Origin: Selaginella moellendorffii
Lineage: Eukaryota > Plantae > Lycopodiophyta
Length of the DNA stretch: 64,000 bases
Assembly: GCF_000143415.4 (NCBI RefSeq)
Contig: NW_003314308.1
Coordinates: forward strand, 692,254 to 756,253
Direction: 5' to 3'
How positions within the stretch are numbered: the first letter of the stretch is position 1; the number at the start of each line of letters is the position of its first letter. The notes beneath the pieces are model-generated. The model was not told the DNA's origin. It searched no databases and saw only the letters and a list, made by a program, of their open reading frames with translations. Positions 60,559 to 64,000 of this stretch are shown piece by piece. The position numbers were made by a program, and so were the translations under genes.

Positions 60559-62479
60559 GCTTATAATGGCATGTGCCCTCATGCCATTTACTTGATCACC
60601 AAATACCTTTTTCCCTTTGCATTAGTATATCTTAATACCGGTCTGAGAAATAGAATGGCATGTGCCCTCAGGCCTTTTACTAAATCACCTTTGAAAGAAA
60701 TGCAAGCCTTTATGTCGTAAAAAAAAGGTACTAGAGAAATTCCTTAATAATATGAATGTTATTTAGTTTCATGAAAATACACTAAGGGTCAAATGAGTTA
60801 AATGACTTCTCCAGACTAGCAATGCCTCTTGCTACACCTTCACAATTAGATTCGTTAGAAAAAGATAACATTGAATAATATCTAAATATTCTCACCATTA
60901 AGTTATATGTCTGGCTAATAGGAATGACGTTCATCTTGGAAAGCTCACTACACGCTCAATGAACAAACAAATAGTGTGTGCGCGCATGCCTTCGCTCTTC
61001 TTTAGCTTCAGATTCGGCTTGTTCACCTTGACAATGAGATTTATTATACAACCAGATGGACTCAGTCTGGACACAAAGTCACCGCACTAGTCACCATGCC
61101 CCAGATATGTCTAGCCCCTGGACAAAAAACATATAATTTCATGTCATTTTCAAATACTTGAAAATTTGTACCTAGTCCCATTTTACTGAATAAATCCCAC
61201 TTTAACGAAATAGAGCTTAGTGGGAAACTCTGTAGTCAAACTGAACCCTGAAGTTATAGAAAAAGTGCAGAAAAAGTGTGAAAAGAGGAGGAAAATAGAG
61301 GGAAAAAAAAAAAGAGTACCCAAAGAACTTGACTCATACCTAGATTTCAGCTCAAGAAAGTGTAATATACAAATGCAGCCTCTTGATGATTTCCAGTATG
61401 CTCCAAAGATTGGCCAAAATCAAGAAAGAAAGAGAGGTAGAAGAGGGGATGCATTGCCCAAGGGTGGTAAGTGTAGAAATGATGAAAAGATGGAGTGATA
61501 TGGTGGAGCGCCGAGATCGTGGTGGCACTCTAAAAATGTGGCCATCGATAACTGTTGGCCCATAGAGTAAGTGCTGACTTCTCGGAGTAGCCAGTAACCG
61601 GTAACTAGTAACTCGTAACCAGTAACCGGGTATCTGTAACTGGTAACCACTTGCTCTTGCTCCTACTTCTGTGCTTGCTCTAGCACCGATATGGTGGAGT
61701 GATATGGTGGAGCACTGAGATGGTGGTGGCACTCTGAGAAGGTGGCCAGTCTGATGTGTCGAACTGAAGAAGTCAGCAGCTAAAAAGGATAGCGTAGTCG
61801 TTGGGTTGCCAATAAAGAGAGGTGGCATGTGTCCACTAAGTGCTGGAGCAGAAGAAAGTGGCTATGGCTTCTGTTGCCTCACCTAAAGATCCACCTAGGT
61901 GCCTTGAGCTAACAGGTTTACCTGGTTGGAAGAAAGTCGCTCTAGAAAAGCTAGTGCGTCGTCGGCAAATGGTCATAAGATATCTTGGAAACGGCACGTC
62001 CAAATGAGGTGGTGTCTTTTGCTACTGGTGCACATATGTGTGTCCGTGGTATACGGAGATGTGAATGATGGTGAAAGAGTGAAAGATGCAAGGCAGGCAT
62101 CTAGAGATGAGTGCGGGCAACACTGTTGGAAGCGATTGGTGATGGAACTGTGAGTGCAGATGATATGGAATGGGTGAGGGGAATGTGTGGAGTGTAGTAA
62201 TGGTAAGGGAAGGGCCAAAGAACTTGGAACATAGACCGAGCCAAGTGAGTAACTTCCATACAAACGGCAATGCAGCTTGAGCACGAAATCCAAGGCATGG
62301 GCCATGGTCCAATGGGGAAACACCCTCTAAAGGTAAGAAAAAGAGCCATGAAAGTAAAGTGAAAGAAAGGAAGAAAAAGAAGAATAAAAAGAAGAGAAAA
62401 GGAATGCTTCACTAGATAAAGCATTTGAGGTGAGAGTAGTTGTGAGCATGTGGGAGCTCACGTCCATCAGCATCAACTA

Positions 62480-64000
62480 GCACATATGCTCCACCTTTGA
62501 TGTGTCACTGGACAAAGTAGGGGCCGGTCTAGTGAGGGGAGAATTTCAAAAGTGGCGTAAACTCCTTGAGTAGAACAAGATCACCATCCTCGAATGGTTT
62601 GGCAAACTGCTGGTGATCAATGACAGACTTTCATGGGGAGATGTTCAGTCATGGATCGTCGCTGTTCTTCCAAGGCAAGAACCTCCAAGTCACGTGCATG
62701 AAGCTTGTCCTCATCACTAAGCTGTATCGCTGCTGCGCATCAAAGTGAGAGTGAGAGTGATGGCACTTGGATCTCCACTGGAAGCACAACCTTTGTCCCA
62801 TAGACAAGGGAGAATGGGGTCACAGAGATGGATGCCCTGAAGGATGTCCGAAAGGCCCATAATGCCGTAACTAAGTGCTCGTGCCAATGCCTTGGATGAT
62901 CCTCCACAAGCTTTGAGATGACTGTCTTCAATATCTTGTTGTTGGACTCCGCCTAGCCATTGCACTTAGGATAATAGCTGCTACTCTTCACGAGCTTGAC
63001 CTGTAGCTGCTGGAGAAGATGCTGCATCACCTGTCCAAGGAAGCTACTACCACAATCGAAAATCAAAATGGCAGGAACTCCAAATCGACAAATAATGTAC
63101 TCCTAGACAAACTTTGCTATAGAACGTTGATTTGTCTGTCGCAGAGGGGTAGCCTCAACCCATTTCGTGAAATAGTCCATCACCACGATGATGTATCACT
63201 GTCTTTTTGAGCTCGGTGGGTTGATCGGGCCGACGAAGTCAAGTCCCCACTAGAAAAAGGGACCTGGAGAAGTAATGAGCTAGAAAGGAAGGCATGGAAC
63301 ATGGCTCTAGGGGTTGAACCATTGGCACTGCTCATATGCCTTTGCATAGGCCAAGCTGTCTTGGTGAATCTGAGGCCAAAAGTAGCTATGGCACAAGAGG
63401 AGCTGTGTTATGACCCGTCTTGAGACATGCTCTGCACAAGAGTGGAAAGCATGAAGGAGCTTAGGGACCTTGTGTTCACCCACACACCACAACAAAACTT
63501 CTTAAGAAGTCCTCCCGTAAAGATGTCCGTCGAGAATGCAAAACCCTCATGCTTAGATCTCTAATGCCTTTTGTTGCATTAGTGAGTGTCGCAAATATGA
63601 CTTCGGGTATCGAAAGATACTTGTCGGCCAGTCCTTACGAGCACTCTTTCCTTACTACCATGACGGCAGGAGGTTGGTACTGCTGATCCCTTTTATGGTC
63701 TCCACTCAAGCTAGTTGAGAAAAACTGGTCATCACATGTGCACTTGACCAGATGAGCATAAGGACGGAATTTTTACATGCTATTTGTCAAGCATACTTGA
63801 CCTGGTTAGAGAAACTCATTTGTTGACTTGCACTTGCTAGTGTTGGGAACCCCCGCGATATTGAGACTAGTCCCTCAATATTTGCTAGATGATAGCTTAC
63901 CGTGTCTGCCAAACACCCTCGCTATCATACCCTTTGTGTTAGTCTCATTTCGGTCCCAAGTGCTATTTATGGAAAGTGTCTAGAGTTTAGAGTGGAAAGT
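62480..64000 (-). mobile_element. Degenerate Ty3/Gypsy (non-chromovirus, Tat/Athila-like) integrase region
   Basis: FWPQIHQDSLAYAKAYEQCQ, WGLDFVGPINPP (~63220-63250) and HWHEHLVTALWAFRTSFRASISVTPFSLVYG. Confidence 0.8.

Larger units (their letters stand above)
48297..60676. repeat. Dispersed 22-bp palindrome ATGGCRTGWGGCCWCAYGCCAT, roughly 25-30 copies, confined to the Sola-like element
   Basis: Approximate copies at 48297, 49374, 49449, 50418, 50573, 51102, 51303, 51444, 52943, 54220, 54280, 54357, 55802, 55874, 56490, 56589, 56658, 58261, 58318, 59659, 59806, 59966, 60566 and 60655. Confidence 0.9.
47911..61218. mobile_element. Complete 13.3-kb Sola-like DNA transposon with cargo genes, inserted in LTR-retrotransposon sequence
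   Basis: Perfect 24-bp TIRs AAGCTCTATTTCGTTAAAGTGGGA (47911-47934 and 61195-61218). 4-bp TSD AGTG at 47907-47910 and 61219-61222. An internal DDD-type transposase is present. Confidence 0.9.

Noticed and set aside
48297-60676. CRISPR-like array from the 22-bp palindromes or the 98-bp array at 33645
   Set aside because: Spacing is irregular (tens to thousands of bp) or lacks unique spacers, there are no cas genes, and the context is a eukaryotic transposon.

Overview
Plant nuclear DNA. The very short 47-60 nt introns, dense PPR genes and MIKC*-type MADS gene point to a lycophyte such as Selaginella (inference). Positions 1-19.8 kb are a compact gene block: MIKC* MADS gene, transit-peptide-bearing L33, two PLS-class PPRs, a ~2190-aa VLIG/GBP-type GTPase-Cys/His-repeat-vWA protein, an EMB2217-like PPR-SMR, tRNA-Ser(CGA) and BRCC36. 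Positions 20-64 kb are a transposon nest: a complete Helitron, a secreted bulb-lectin gene, two related Mutator-like elements, two 5S-bearing Cassandra-like LTRs, Gypsy fragments and a complete 13.3-kb Sola-like element with 24-bp TIRs and a 4-bp TSD. The main candidate new system is a cargo module shared by two unrelated DNA-transposon superfamilies. Both carry a spliced ParB-like plus beta-class (N4C/N6A) DNA methyltransferase-like gene and a homologous ~83-aa ORF, and each has its own palindromic repeats, partly in introns. In the Sola element the gene appears to extend into an FCP1-like phosphatase. The layout resembles a sequence-specific anti-silencing or self-marking system. All domain calls come from motifs read by eye; no searches were run.
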